Origin: Octopus sinensis
Taxonomy: Eukaryota
Reading direction: 5' to 3'
Length of the DNA stretch: 64,000 nt
Assembly (NCBI RefSeq): GCF_006345805.1
Contig: NC_042997.1
Coordinates: 201,190,001-201,254,000, forward strand
The position numbers and the translations under genes were made by a program. Position 1 is the first letter of the stretch, and every line of letters starts with the position of its first letter. A model generated the notes under the pieces. That model was not told the DNA's origin. It did no database searches and worked only from the letters and a program-made list of their open reading frames with translations. Positions 48,633 to 61,394 of the stretch are shown piece by piece.

Positions 48633-50830
48633 TAATAAAAAAGGACGGAGAAAAAAGGACAAGAAAAAACAATAACGTGAGGACATGGTACATGCAAAGT
48701 GTTAATAAGACGCTTAGGGAGGGAAAGAAAGGGTGCTTTGCGTTTCGAGCAAAGCTCTTCTTCAGAAAAAGGAGACAGAAAAAACCAAGGGGAAAGGAAA
48801 ACGGCGGAAAAAATCGTCAGCAATCCACATTTAGTTTTATTTTGTACATGTAGTTACATATAGTTACTACATGTGGATTGCTGGCGATTTTTTTCCTCCA
48901 TCTTCCTTTTCTTTTGGACTTTCCTCCGTTTCTGAAGAAGAGCTTTGCTCGAAACGTAAAATACCCTTTCTTTCTTTCCCTGAGCATCTTATTAATTCTT
49001 TGGATGTACCACGTCCTCACGTTTTTTTTTTGCTGTCTTTTTTCTCCGTTTTCTTTTTTATTAACTATTTACCGCACACTCACACACACTCTGTTCAGTC
49101 CAACTGGCTTTGAAGTACCTAATTCACGAAATTCTTTCTACCATCGAATTACATTACTGTCTTGTTCTCCCTGTTTTTACTGTCTTGTTCTCACTGTCCT
49201 GTTCTTGTTACCACTTTCGCCCTCCGCAAAAAATTCCAAATTTTATTGAATTTGCTTTGCGGGAAGGACTGTTTCAACGAAGTCGCGTATTGGCTTTACC
49301 TTCGAAACGCGGAGTTGATGAAACAGGGACAACTGATGAAGGGGAATATTCTTTATCTTGTATGTCTCGTTTCTCTGTTTTTTTCGTTGTTCGAAAAAAG
49401 TTCGTTTTTACGATGTTTTTGTTTTTATGCTTTCGTTTCTCATTGTGTTCAACGTTTTTTATGTCCTGTACCCATATATGCATGTATATAGGGAGAGTTT
49501 ACGAAAAAAAAAAGACGAAGACAGGTGGTGTACAAAACAAACAGATGTATTAGCATAACGCTCAGGAATAGAAAAAGTCTTTTACGTGTCGAGCCTACGC
49601 TCTTCTACAGAACGGGACACAAAAAAAACAAGGAGAGAAAAAAGGAGAGAAACATGTATATATACATATATAAATATATATGTAGGTATAGAAAAACGAG
49701 ACAGGCAAGATAAAGAACATTCCCTTCATCAGTTGTCCCCTGTTTTATCTACACCGCGTTACGAAGGTTGGAACAAGACGCAGCTTCGTTAAAACACTCC
49801 TTCCCGTAAAGCAAATTAAATAAAATTTAGGATTTTTGTGGAGGGTTAAAGTGGTAACAAAAACAGGACAGTAAGAACAAAACAGTGAAAACAAACGGTG
49901 AGGGTTGTTAAGCCATAACGAGGTAAAGTGTTGAACGCTATGTAAAGGAGCTAAGACAATAAAGAACGATCCCTTCATCAGTTGTCCCCTGTTTTATCTA
50001 CACCACGTTTCGGGGGTCGGGACAAGACGTGACTTCGTTAAAAACAGTCCTTTCCGCAAAGCAAATTAAATAAAATTTGAGATTTTTACGGGGGGTTAAA
50101 GTGGTAACAAAAACAGGATAGTAAGAACAAACGAGGTAAAGTGTGAACGCTAGGTAAAGGATCTAAGACAGGAGAGAGGCAAAAATAGGTTTTATTTCTT
50201 GTAAAGCAAGAGGAAGAAAGAACGATATATATATTAGTTATAGTATCATTTAATTGGACACCAAGCACCCATTCCCAATTACGATTATCTTAACTTTTTT
50301 GATGCGACTCGATTCTATACTGTTTTCTCCCCCATCCTTCTCTAATTACCTTTTTCTCCCCTTCACCGTTTTCCACCTGTCTCTCTCTCTCCTCTTTCTC
50401 CTTTTCTCTCTCTCTCTCGTTGCTCACACATGATCATCGTCTATCTCCTCACGTGACCATCTTTCTTTTCCTACTCGACGTTCTATGGACTGGACGTCTT
50501 CTATCTTTTCTCTTTTCAAAGAAAATATTTCTTCCAGTATTCACTATTTTCCCCCACGTTCTGGTCTAATGACCCTTCGTGTTTTCTTTCGGCTTCCTTG
50601 TATGTTTCCACTGTCCTGTTTTTGTTCCCAAATTTGACCCTCCATAAAATCAACAATTTATTTTGGAAGTTATGGGAGCAACTGTCTTCGAAGACCTATA
50701 TTGTCGTTGAATGCTCGAAATGAGGAGTAGATAGACAGCCGACAACTGATGAAGGGTCGTTCTTCGTTACTTCTTCGTTACTTGTCCTGTTTTCAATTTT
50801 TTCTCTCGTTGTTTGCGTATTTAACTCGCG
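48633..50830. mobile_element. Penelope-type composite: head-to-head P2 pair (48633-48830, 48871-49063), P3 copies (+49150-49375, -49690-49900, -49945-50135, +50590-50830) and P1 (-49485-49650)
   Basis: Inverted and tandem copies are directly visible. Hammerhead-like motif gtttCTGAAGAaGAGCtttGCTCGAAACGTAaaat at 48928-48962. Confidence 0.7.
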
Positions 50831-51160
50831 TGTTTTCGTACTTCATGTTGTTTACAGTTGGTGATGTCCTGCACTCATATATGCACGTGCACTCACACAC
50901 ACACACACACACACACACAATATTTAGAAAATGAGAGAGTGAAAAAGAAAGAGAGAAGTAAAGAGAGATTAAGGAAACAGAAAAAAGTGAAAATAAGTTG
51001 ACTTTCAAAATTTTATGTATGTCTATCATCATCATCATGTATATAATCTCAACATTTTTTAAGAAAACTTCGTTGACTTTCAATGTCAGGTGAATTTAAC
51101 GTACGATAGCGTCTTCTAAAGTTATATTTATATATCCTAAATTTGCGGAATTCGTCGTTG

Positions 51161-51236
51161 GGGTAGTTTAGCTTAACGGTAAAACACTTGACGTGTAATC
51201 ACAGGAATGTGAGTTCGAGTCTCGTGGTTGGTCGCC
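51161..51236 (+). pseudogene. tRNA-Thr(UGU)-like pseudogene or orphan SINE head
   Basis: A box tagcttaacgg, anticodon arm cttga-cgTGTaa-tca(c)ag, T arm gtgag-ttcgagt-ctcgt, downstream T5. The acceptor stem does not pair. Confidence 0.5.
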
Positions 51237-51729
51237 GATATCTTTTTCTGCAAAATATAAATAGTTTATCCTGTTCATGCTATTTTATTAGCATTATCCT
51301 GCGTTTGAGAATAAAATTATTTGCTTATATATATATATATATATATAAGTAGGGGGAAAGAGATGATTATTCACACGTATGGTTCCCAAGAAAGAGTATT
51401 TAAATAATTCATATCTCTAAGATAGAAGCAAATGACCCAACTAGTGTATTTAAGTGTAAGCATTCTTGATTTCGTTACATACACGAGCTTGAACCATTTT
51501 AAGATATCTGTACAAATAATAATGATTGTCGCCTTTATTGCATTTATAATTCCGGGTTAATTTATATGAAACTACTGATTTCAGGTGACCCGACAGAAAA
51601 ATATGTGTTAGATGTTGAGACTTACGTGGATATTTAAATGAAGCTCTTTTCCTCCATTTTACTGTAAAGATTTCATCTTGTATTGAAGTGACAGTGTATT
51701 CTGAACCATCATATTTACATTACTCAGCT

Positions 51730-52012
51730 TAGGTACATGGCCTAGTGGTTAGAGCAGCGGTCGAGGGATCGCGGGTTCGAATCTCAGACCGGGTGATGTG
51801 TGTGTTTATGAGCGAAACATCTAAGCTCCACAGGGCTCCGGCAGAAGGTAATGGTGAACTTCTGCTGACTCTTTCGCCACAACTTTCACTCTTTCTTCCT
51901 GCATCTTGCAGCTCACCTGTGACGGACTGGCGTCCTGTCCAGGTGGGGAATCTATACGCCAAGGAAACCAGGAAACTGGCCCTTATGAGCCAGGCGTGGC
52001 TCGAGAAGGAAC
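51730..52012 (+). mobile_element. tRNA-derived SINE (head H4, V-domain-like tail)
   Basis: Head and body match 21652-22033. The tail is cctgtgacggactggcgtcctgtccagg instead of T1. Confidence 0.75.
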
Positions 52013-52059
52013 ATTACCCAGCTTCGTTCCACAACTGCCATAAAAGGCATTAACCTCAT

Positions 52060-52260
52060 GTGACTGTAGCTCAACCAATCAGATTGACTGGTGAGCCAGA
52101 ATCGTCTCACCAAATTGTTTATAGTACGTTCTAGAACTTTTTGCTGATGGTATATAAAAATGAAACCTAATCCAACTTCCCAGTAAATTGCTTGCAGTAT
52201 GTTCTAGAACTTGTTATGCAATGGTATATAAAGAGAGAGCCTAATCTAAATAAAGAGAGA
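52060..52260 (+). promoter_or_regulatory. LTR-like promoter: CCAAT, duplicated HSE-like + TATA cassette, AATAAA
   Basis: CCAAT at 52075, GTTCTAGAAC at 52128 and 52201, TATATAAA at 52151 and 52225, AATAAA at 52249. Confidence 0.45.
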
Positions 52261-53039
52261 AATACCAGACTTTTCAGTTACGTTTTTCTTAATCCTATGT
52301 TCAAATATTAATTATGGCTGAAGAGACAACATGGAATTATATAGATTATCTCATGAAATGTCATTGTTATTTCCTTATCTTAATCTGTTCTCACAAATTA
52401 TGAATCATTGAAGTATTATATATTAGCATGTTGTAGTCACCATATGCTCTTTTATTCATTAATTCTCAAATACCATTATCTATTGATCTGCTGTAACAAT
52501 GTATATTTTATGTAAAATTATACTCAATTTAGCCTGATTTTGTGAATTGAACACACAGCACATAAATGTTGTTTATTGTCAATTATTCATTGGCTACTTC
52601 ACAACCACGACAAAATTTAAATAATTTTTTACTCTTAGAGTAGAATTAAGTGGAGCATAATCTTCAAGAAAACACATCATACGCCATTCTGACAAAGAAA
52701 TATCATCAAACGTAGACAAACAAGTGTATTATATAGACATATATCCTCCTAATTAAGTCATCATCTAGAATATAAATTGGACATGGGCGATCATTGTATT
52801 CTTTCTTGTCTTGAGGTTCACAGCTAAATGGCTGGGTGGATTCGCATGAAAAATGGCACATATGTGGAGACAGGTGCATAAATTGGAATGCAGTTTGTAT
52901 TTTTTTCCTAACCCCCATACTTACCGAGAAAATCGATTAAAACATTATTTCTACTGCAATTTCCCTCTTTCTTCCTCCATTAAAACAACCAGTTGCTTAG
53001 AAGCTGTTTTCTGACGGGGTGGGGGGTCAGGATATTTTC

Positions 53040-53175
53040 ATACAGCTGGAGGCTTCAATCGAAACGGGACCCAAAATGATAAGCTCTAGAAACGCTGTTA
53101 TAGATTATGCCTAACCGAAAACGATCACAGCCACATCATCCAAACGGACCGGGTGAAACTGGACTTAGCTGCTAG
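53040..53175 (+). mobile_element. Possible Helitron 3' end
   Basis: Imperfect hairpin accgggtgaaactgg followed by ...gCTAG then T. Confidence 0.4.
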
Positions 53176-53947
53176 TATCAAATATATAGACCTGTCGTTA
53201 TAACACAAAATAACCTTAACCAAGCTATTATTGTTAGATTAGAAGAATATTTGTCAGTGAAACTTTGATTCGCTCTGTATTTACATTCACCGTTCCCTTG
53301 ATTAGGAAAACTGAAACAATGTTCAATTTCATAAAATTTGATCATTTATCATCACATCCACTTTGTTAAAGAAACAAAAATAATTTATTTCAGCCAAGAA
53401 AACATTCAATATTCCGTTTTTACTTTGCATTGTTATCTTGTATACATTTTAAATCCGATTTTAATCTTGTCACCATGATTCTAACTTCTTCCTGAGCTGC
53501 AAACACAAATAACAATACATTGCTTTTATTCTTAGCTTTTACTTGATAATACGTGATGAATATTCAACAGAATCTGCATTGAGAAACTTCATATAAATAT
53601 AAGATCTCAGGTTTTATTATCTTCAAAAAAATCCTTTCCTAGACTCGTTAAACCGAACAGGTGAACGACCGTGTTGCTGAGATGCAAATCTAGAATGAAC
53701 AATGAGATCAATAAAGAAGTAAAAAGGTTTGTTTTTCTTCCTTCTTCTTGTTTATTTTGCTTATATTTGTTCCAGTCAATGGGCTGTGGCCATATTGGAG
53801 CAATGGCTTAAGGAATTTTAGTCACTTGAATGAACCCCAGTATGTATTTTTTTTGCCAATCTGTTAAGTTATGGGGACGTAAACACATTAGCAATGGTTG
53901 TCAAGTAGTGGTGGGGAACAAACGCAGGCATATATATATATATATGA

Positions 53948-53984
<37 letters not shown>

Positions 53985-53994
53985 AAGAGAGAGA

Positions 53995-54318
53995 GAGCAC
54001 TCCGTCGGTTACGACGACGAGGATCCCAGCTGATACAATCAACGGAACAGCTTGCTCGTGAAATTGACCTGTAAGCGGCTGAGTACCCCACAGACACGAG
54101 TACCCTTAAAGTAGTTCTCAGGGAGATTCAGTGGGACACAGAGTGTGACAAGGCTGGCCCTTTGAAATACAGGTACTGCTAATTTAAGCCAGGTGTGTGA
54201 AATGGAGCAACGTGAAATAAAGTGTCTTGCTCAAAGACCCAACGCGTTACTAGAAATTGAACTCATGGCCTTACGATCACGAGTCGAATGCTCTAACCAC
54301 TAAGCCACGCGCCTTCAC
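53995..54318 (-). mobile_element. tRNA-derived SINE (head H5, tail T1)
   Basis: Reverse complement of the 46395-46720 type. Confidence 0.8.
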
Positions 54319-55084
54319 ACACACAAAAGTGTATTCCCATTCAGGAAAAATTATAAGGTTTAGGAAAGTTCGAAGTGTGAATGTTTCGGTCAAAGTATTT
54401 TTGTTGTGGCAAAGTCTAGTATTTTGGTCAGCTGGCTTCCTGATGGGTGGGGCACTCAACAACTTGTTCAGAAGCATCCGGTGATGCAGATGTATCTCGT
54501 TGGAATATTTACAGATGCAACTAGTTGAAATAACCGTTCTGCAATGTAATTACTTGTTTTGTAGAAAGAAAAGCAGCCAGACAAAGGAAATATCTTCATT
54601 TATACAGAAGATGAAAAATAAAATCACAGATAGAAAAAGAAAAACGAGCATGCAATCCAGCAAGAAAAGTGTTGAAAATAACCGTTAAGAAATATGAACG
54701 TATAAACGCCCTCGGGCAAGCTGCATGGCGCGAGTACCATCGCTCATATAAGCATCCACGAAAATGTGAGCATACGCACACATGAGGCTTGGTGCACTCA
54801 TGATCACAAAGCGAGTTAACTAGCTACTTGGTGCTTGTAAGAATGCGGAGTTAAGTCATCCATACCTTAAAGTAAATTAAATTACGTTAACGGTTACTCA
54901 AAATTCAATCCCACTGCATTATGCGAAAGTACATTTGTATGCGTGTAGGCATCTTGAGAGTCTTTCAGAAACTCTATTAATGATCTTCTCGTTAGTCCAC
55001 AGAATAGACAGAGTTTCCTCGGAGCAGAGACGGCATTCCCTGGAAATTATATTGCGCGCGCGCGCGTGTGTGTGTGTGCGTATA

Positions 55085-55930
55085 GGATGAGCTTCTTTCT
55101 GTTTCTCTCTATCAAATTCACTCACAAGGCTTTGGTCAGCCCAAGGCTGTAGTAGAAGATATTTGCCTAAGATGCCATGCAGCAGGACTGAACCTGGAAC
55201 CATGTGATTGGGAAGCAAACTTCTAACCCCACAACCACTCCAAACTTTCTTTCTTCTAATACTGTGCATTAACACTTACGACATGGTCCTCGGGTTCAAA
55301 CCCCACCACTGTCTTTGGAATTTTCAGGCAATGTACAATGGTATGTTCGGTGTGTTTGATCCCAAAGTAAAATTATTTAAGGCACATAATCTGTTATTTT
55401 AATCTTTCGCTTGTTTCACTCTTTGGGCTGCGGCCATACTGGGGCACCGCCTTAAAGGGTTTAGTCAAACAAATTGTCCCCAGTAATTATTCTTCTTAAT
55501 ATGGTTTATTTTTGCTGAAAGAACCGGTCTTATTTGCTGAAAGACAGTGTTATGAGGACATAACCAACCAACACTAGTTCTCAAGTAGTCAGGATTGTAA
55601 CAACAGAAACACAAAGTCACTCACACATACACACATACAACATACCATGGGCTTCCACATAGTTTCCATCTACCAAATTCACTCACAAAGCATTCATCAG
55701 CTCAAAGCTTTAGTAGAAGACACTTGCACAAAGTGCCATGCCGTGGGACTGAACTCAAAACCACACGGTTGCAAAGCTTCTTATCCACCCAGTCATACCT
55801 GTTACTTTTTACCTGTTCCTGTGGCCATGTTGGGGCACCGCATTGAAGAATTTCAAGTCGAATGTATTGATTCCAGCACGTACTTTTTAAAACCCGGTAA
55901 TATTCTATCGCTCTTTTTCAACTGAAGATA
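55085..55930. mobile_element. Cluster of family-2 SINE halves
   Basis: 5' halves at 55085-55240 and 55640-55800, 3' parts at 55400-55610 and 55810-55930. Confidence 0.7.
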
Positions 55931-56019
55931 TGCTAGGCATGAGGACAAACTCTATATCACAGGACCTGGACATCTATCTGTGAAGTACGAACATTATTAT
56001 TATTTCCCTTCAAAGGGCA

Positions 56020-56485
56020 TCAAACTGGCAGAGTCATCAGTATGCCGGGCAAAATGTTTTGCGGCATTTCGCTCGTCATTACGTTCTGAGTTCAAGGCGG
56101 CGAGCTGGCAGAAACGTTAGCACAGCGGGCGAAATGCGTAGCCGTATTTCGTCTGCCATTACGTTCTGAGTTCAAATTCCGCCGAGGTCGACTTTGCCTT
56201 TCATCCTTTCGGGGTCGATTAAATAAGTACCAGTTACGCACTGGGGTCGATATAATCGACTTAATCCCTTTGTCTGTCCTTGTTTGTCCCCTCTGTGTTT
56301 AGTCCCTTGTGGGTAGTAAAGATATTTATTATGTTCTGAGTTCAAATTTCGCCGAGGTCAACTTTGCCTTTCAGCCTTTCGATGTCAATAAAATAAATAC
56401 CAGTTGAGGACTGGGGGGGGGGTCAATGTTTTTGACTTGCCCCTTCCTCAAAACAGCTGGCCTTGTGCCAAAATTTGAAACTAAT
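56020..56485 (+). mobile_element. Family-1 SINE (56095-56327) nested in the B box of another family-1 SINE
   Basis: 17-bp TSD atta(c/t)gttctgagttca at 56078-56094 and 56328-56344. Confidence 0.9.
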
Positions 56486-56971
56486 ATGATTTCCTTTCAA
56501 ATTGATCCGCGAGATATATTTTTTGTATCTCAAAATATTTCAAACTGCAAGGACAACTAAATAACTAATTATTCTATTTCATTTTTATTTTACAGACAAC
56601 CCTGAGATAATTTCAGTCATGTATGACTCATTACAAAAATAACGTTTGAACAATTCGACAGGTTTAGAAAACCATCGTTTTTTCTTATCATTAAAAAAGA
56701 AAATTCCTTTGATTTTATTTATCTAGAAATGTTTCCAAATGATTACATAGGAGGCTCTGTTTTGATATTTACATCAAAATAGAACCTACTTCATTTACAT
56801 TTTATTCATCAGCTATTACCCATTCTACATCAATAAAGACATTCTCATTTACATTCTTGCTTAACTAACTCAGCAATAACAGCCCTTATATCCGCATATA
56901 TATGTAAGCGAAATAATGTGTGTGAGTGTGTTTTTATACCTATGTAAGTATGTACGTCTCTCTCTTTCTCT

Positions 56972-57071
<100 letters not shown>

Positions 57072-57160
57072 ATATATATATATATATATATACATACATA
57101 TATATATATATACACATATGTATATGTATATATTATATATATGTATATGTATGTGTGTAT

Positions 57161-57590
57161 ACAGACGTTACTTAAAGTGACAAAAGGCACTAATCAGAAC
57201 CAGTATTGCTAGAAATAAGAGTCAAAACAACTCAATAGCCACAAAAGCACAATCTTAATGACTTGCCAGGGAGGGAAGCTCTCTACAGCTGCAGACATAG
57301 CCAGATCATCGATGATTACGCATTCTAATGCACATCAGCGGCTTTCACCGTACCTAGGGTTCAACTCAGCTCGCCCTGTCAGGCTTTAAGATTTCCGTTG
57401 AAATCACACGCTGACTTCAAAAACGGTAAAAGTGAAACTTATAAATAATATAGGTGGCTTATTCACAATTTTACAGTCTAATGGTAGAAATATAGACGTC
57501 ACTAAACGGACAAAGAGCATCAGTCAGTACCAGTGTTACTAGAAATAAGAGTAAAAAATTGCGAATAAGCCACCTATATTATACATATAT
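57161..57590 (-). repeat. Second, diverged copy of the ~340-bp retrozyme-like repeat
   Basis: Direct repeats ~331 bp apart. The interior is homologous to 29683-29860. Minus strand reads CTGATGT-GCAT-taga-ATGC-GTAA at 57338-57316. Confidence 0.55.
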
Positions 57591-58242
57591 GAGTGGAGGG
57601 GGCGGGTTTCTGAGTTTCAAAAACATTGCACAAATTATATCTGCACAAAATATTTAAAAAGGAAAGAAGATAAGTCATTAGTTCAGACTCATAGCACAAG
57701 AAATAAACATAACGAAAAACGAAAACAACCCTGAAAACGAGAAAAATAGACACAGAATTATTAATAAGGAAATAGCGAAATATCCTGAAAATAAAATATA
57801 TACATAGGAGTAAGGAAAACAGAAATGATTTGCTTAATGGCCAAAATGACGTGGATCATAACGATAGTAGGAAATACCCAACAAGTGAAGGAAGGGAAGT
57901 AATCCTTAATGACTCCCCACTAAGACTACAAAAAGGAGGGAAAATAAACGTAATAAAAATAACAAAAATGATAATAAAAACACTAATGCAAATGATTTAG
58001 ATATTTATGATGATACTTATAGAGGCAACAACGAACATAAAATAACAATACAAATATTAAGATAGATGAGAAAAGACATTAATCAGCACCAGTCTTCTGT
58101 TCTCTGTCTGGCTGCTTTTCTTTCTACAAAGCAAGAAGTTACATTGCAGATGGTTATTTCAACTAGTTGCATCTATATATATTCCAACGAGATACATAGG
58201 GACGGAGAGCTTGTTATATTTATGAGGAAATATGTGTGTGTA

Positions 58243-58282
<40 letters not shown>

Positions 58283-58589
58283 ATAAATTTTAAATAATAA
58301 ATTATATTGAAATAAACACGGTGAAGGATAAATTGAAAATAAGCATAGGAACAAATCTTAAAGAATAATGTACTCTCACCACTTAAAAATAATAATCTAG
58401 CTTCATACATCTAATACATTGTGAATCGTACACCCATTAAAATATATACATATTAATTTAACAAGACATATATAATAACCCTACCTATCAATAAATAAGA
58501 CCAATACATCTAAATAAATAAAATAAAACAAGATACAAATGATAAAAATAGAAATTCTCGCAATTAAATAAGTAGAAGTTAAATATATA

Positions 58590-58617
58590 AATACATTTCG
58601 ATACTTATATATATATA

Positions 58618-58705
<88 letters not shown>
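58590..58705. repeat. (TA)n microsatellite
   Basis: Directly visible. Confidence 0.97.
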
Positions 58706-58707
<2 letters not shown>

Positions 58708-59389
58708 TCTATTTTATTTTTTAGTCTTTATTTTGACAAGTGCCTGCCCGCCTCTAAATAAACCGATCTAAATTCCATTGAGGGTGAATAGCAGTATGAG
58801 TGGTTCTTCAGGGCAACAACTACCCATTGTCCACTATGGCCATAGTTTAACCTCAAGCTATTTTTAGAACGGAATCCAAAGACGCACATGCTCACACACA
58901 TACACACACACACACACACGCTCACACTCACATACATACACTTACCTTTAAATTTATAATGCAATTTTAATTGTAAAATATGAATGAAGGTGAGGAATTG
59001 AAACGTGCTTAGGCGATATGCAAATAACTATTATATAAATAAATTGATTTTTTGTGTTCAATCTCTCCATTTTCTTTATATTATATTATTAAAATGTTGT
59101 TCTCCTATATCGAATAGATGAAAACATCCATAACAACAACTGGAACTTTGTAAGTGTTAAACACTGGTGTTGAAGATGAACCATCACTAAACACCAATGC
59201 TAACACAAACTAACAAATTCTACGAAATTCTACGAAAATTAATCAGTATGGTGCTAAACCAGTGTATGCTTGGATGAAATACATCCCCAAGAAAGAGCAA
59301 CTTCTTTCCATTCGAAACTTTTTGAATAGTTCGGTCCACTCTGTGCTGAACAAATTTACTGAATTTTTAATACATATACTGCAATATAT

Positions 59390-59600
59390 GTACTGCAAAA
59401 GCTTGGGTTTCAAGGGCCCACAGTTGTTTAACTGTCAGCCGAAGTATCTGAGGAGCCTACATAGAGTGGATGTAGACGTTTTCAAGCGTGAACTTGACCT
59501 CTGGCTCGCCGAGATCCCGGATGAGTCAATATCTAAGAAAGAAACTCAAAAGAGGGCAGTAACATCGAACTCCATCCTTCACCAAAAGCTGCTCCGATAA
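59390..59600 (+). pseudogene. CR1-group LINE ORF2 C-terminus
   Basis: SLGFKGPQLFNCQPKYLRSLHRVDVDVFKRELDLWLAEIPDE...SNSILHQ matches the typical GPxLFNxLP...FKxxLDxxL..PDEP LINE end. Confidence 0.7.
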
Positions 59601-59679
59601 AGGTGGAAAGTGGAAAGATGATCACAATAGCGGTGCTCCAGCATAGCCATAGTCATTGGAATGAAACATATAAAAGAAT

Positions 59680-60232
59680 AAAAGAATATACTTTTGCCGT
59701 TTTCATTTGGTCACGAAATGTTACATTACACACAAATTCTCCTACAAAATACAATCTTTTACCTGTAACACCGTCTGCTACTTTTGCAGATTTACTTAAT
59801 TTTAGCTTACAGATATCCTTCCAAGTTTCTTCATTCACAAAGGTGACATCACTTCCAATGTCTAACTGCATTTTTACCCTTATATTTTCAATTTTCACAT
59901 TTACGACTTACCCCTTTGTCAAATTACCATATTCTTTCGATGGCATCTTTCTCTTTCTTCTATTGCATCTTTAAAGTTTATGCCAGAAGGTTTTTTGGGA
60001 GTATGTAATTGCTACAACGTGCATATTCTCCTGCAGCCAGTTTTCTCAGAATTCGACACGTTTTCATATTGTCCCAATCTTTGCACTTTATTGAAGATCT
60101 GTTCGTGTCTTCTATAGTACGCCTCGAAGTTAACTCCTTTGTTTGGTTCCTACTTAAATTCCGTTATTGAGTTTGCAACATAATCTTGTGAGAACATCTT
60201 TCCAGTATTTTTGAACTAGGCGGTACTTCATC
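59680..60232 (-). pseudogene. Ty3/Gypsy gag-protease remnant
   Basis: ORF 59653-59898 reads VKMQLDIGSDVTFVNEETWK...GVTGKRL...F.CNVTF (retropepsin D(T/S)G mutated to DIG). Decayed gag-like sequence lies upstream. Confidence 0.75.
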
Positions 60233-60234
60233 AG

Positions 60235-60390
60235 TCTTTGCATTCTGAGTTCAAATGTCACCGAGGTCAACTTTGCCTTTCATCCTTTGGGGGTCAATAA
60301 AATACACACCAGTTCAGCACTGGAACTGATATAATTCACCTGACCTCTCACCTCGGACTTGCTGGACTTGTGCCAAAATTTGAAGCCATT
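60235..60390 (+). mobile_element. 5'-truncated family-1 SINE
   Basis: Consensus core present. Confidence 0.8.
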
Positions 60391-60441
60391 CTTATATAGG
60401 TGAGTATGTACATTGATGGTTAAATAGTTAGTGAGGGGAAG

Positions 60442-60690
60442 TGAAGGCTTGTAGCCCAGTGGTTAGTGTGTTGCCCTCACAATCATAAGATTGTGATTTC
60501 GGTTCCTTGACCAGGTGGTGTATTGTGTTATTGCACAAGACACTTCATTTTACATTGCTTCAGTCAACTCAGCTGACAATGAGTTCCAGCAATAGCATCG
60601 CGTGCAGTGGGGGTGGAAGTTAATCTCAGCTGCATGGACACCGTGGAAACCAGATTAAGTTCTGGTCTTATGAGTTCTGGATCTCATGAG
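60442..60690 (+). mobile_element. tRNA-derived SINE (head H5, V-like tail T3)
   Basis: gcacaagacacttcattttac body followed by a different tail ending ggaaaccagattaagttctggtcttatgag. Confidence 0.6.
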
Positions 60691-60899
60691 AAACCTAAGA
60701 AAGTGAAAGGAAGAAAAGCATGATATTCGACATTCTTGAGGACCTCCAAGACTAATGAAGGGAAAAGAGAAAGTTATTGTTATATTGAAGATTTGATTCA
60801 AATGTTTGCAACAGATTGAACTCCGTTGAAGGGAATTAAGGGCCAGATAGACCAGGTGATGTGTTAAATGCGAGACAAATTAAATAGAGCAGCTTCTAT

Positions 60900-61308
60900 T
60901 TTCAAAATCTTATTCTTTTATTCGTTTCAGTCATTTTGACTGCGGCCATGCTGGAGCACCGCCTTTAGTCGAGCAAATTGACCCCAGGACTTATTCTTTG
61001 TAAGCCTAGTACTTATTCTATCGGACTCTTATGCCGAACCGCTAGGTTACGGGGATATAAACACACCAACATCGGTGCCAAGTGATGTTGGGGGACACAC
61101 CCACAAACACACACACACACATATACATATATATACATATATGCAACGAGCTTCTTTCAGTTTCCATCTACCAAATCCACTCACAAGGCTTTGGTCAGCC
61201 AGGGGCTATAGAAGAAGACACTTGCCCAAGGTGCCACGCAGTGGGACTGAACCCATAACCATGTGGTTGGTAAGCAAGCTACTTACCACACAGCCGCTCC
61301 TGCGCTTA
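60900..61308 (-). mobile_element. Full-length family-2 SINE
   Basis: Reverse complement of 21007-21410. Confidence 0.9.
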
Positions 61309-61394
61309 TATGAAATATATTTATGTATTTATGTGTTGTATTGGTTTAAAATTATGGCACAAAGCAAACAATTTTGTGGGACGAGGAAAGTCAA

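Noticed and set aside
49295-49345. Type II hammerhead from upstream GAAAC...GU(U/A) and downstream CUGAUGA
   Set aside because: The segment that must form helix I (GAUAAAACAGGGGACAA-like) is purine-rich and cannot pair.
51585-51637. Possible terminal exon DPTEKYVLDVETYVDI*
   Set aside because: Weak polypyrimidine tract, only 16 codons and no supporting exons.
52706-52990. ORF 52706-52918 and a strong minus-strand donor near 52925
   Set aside because: No recognisable domain, and stops in all frames upstream of the donor.
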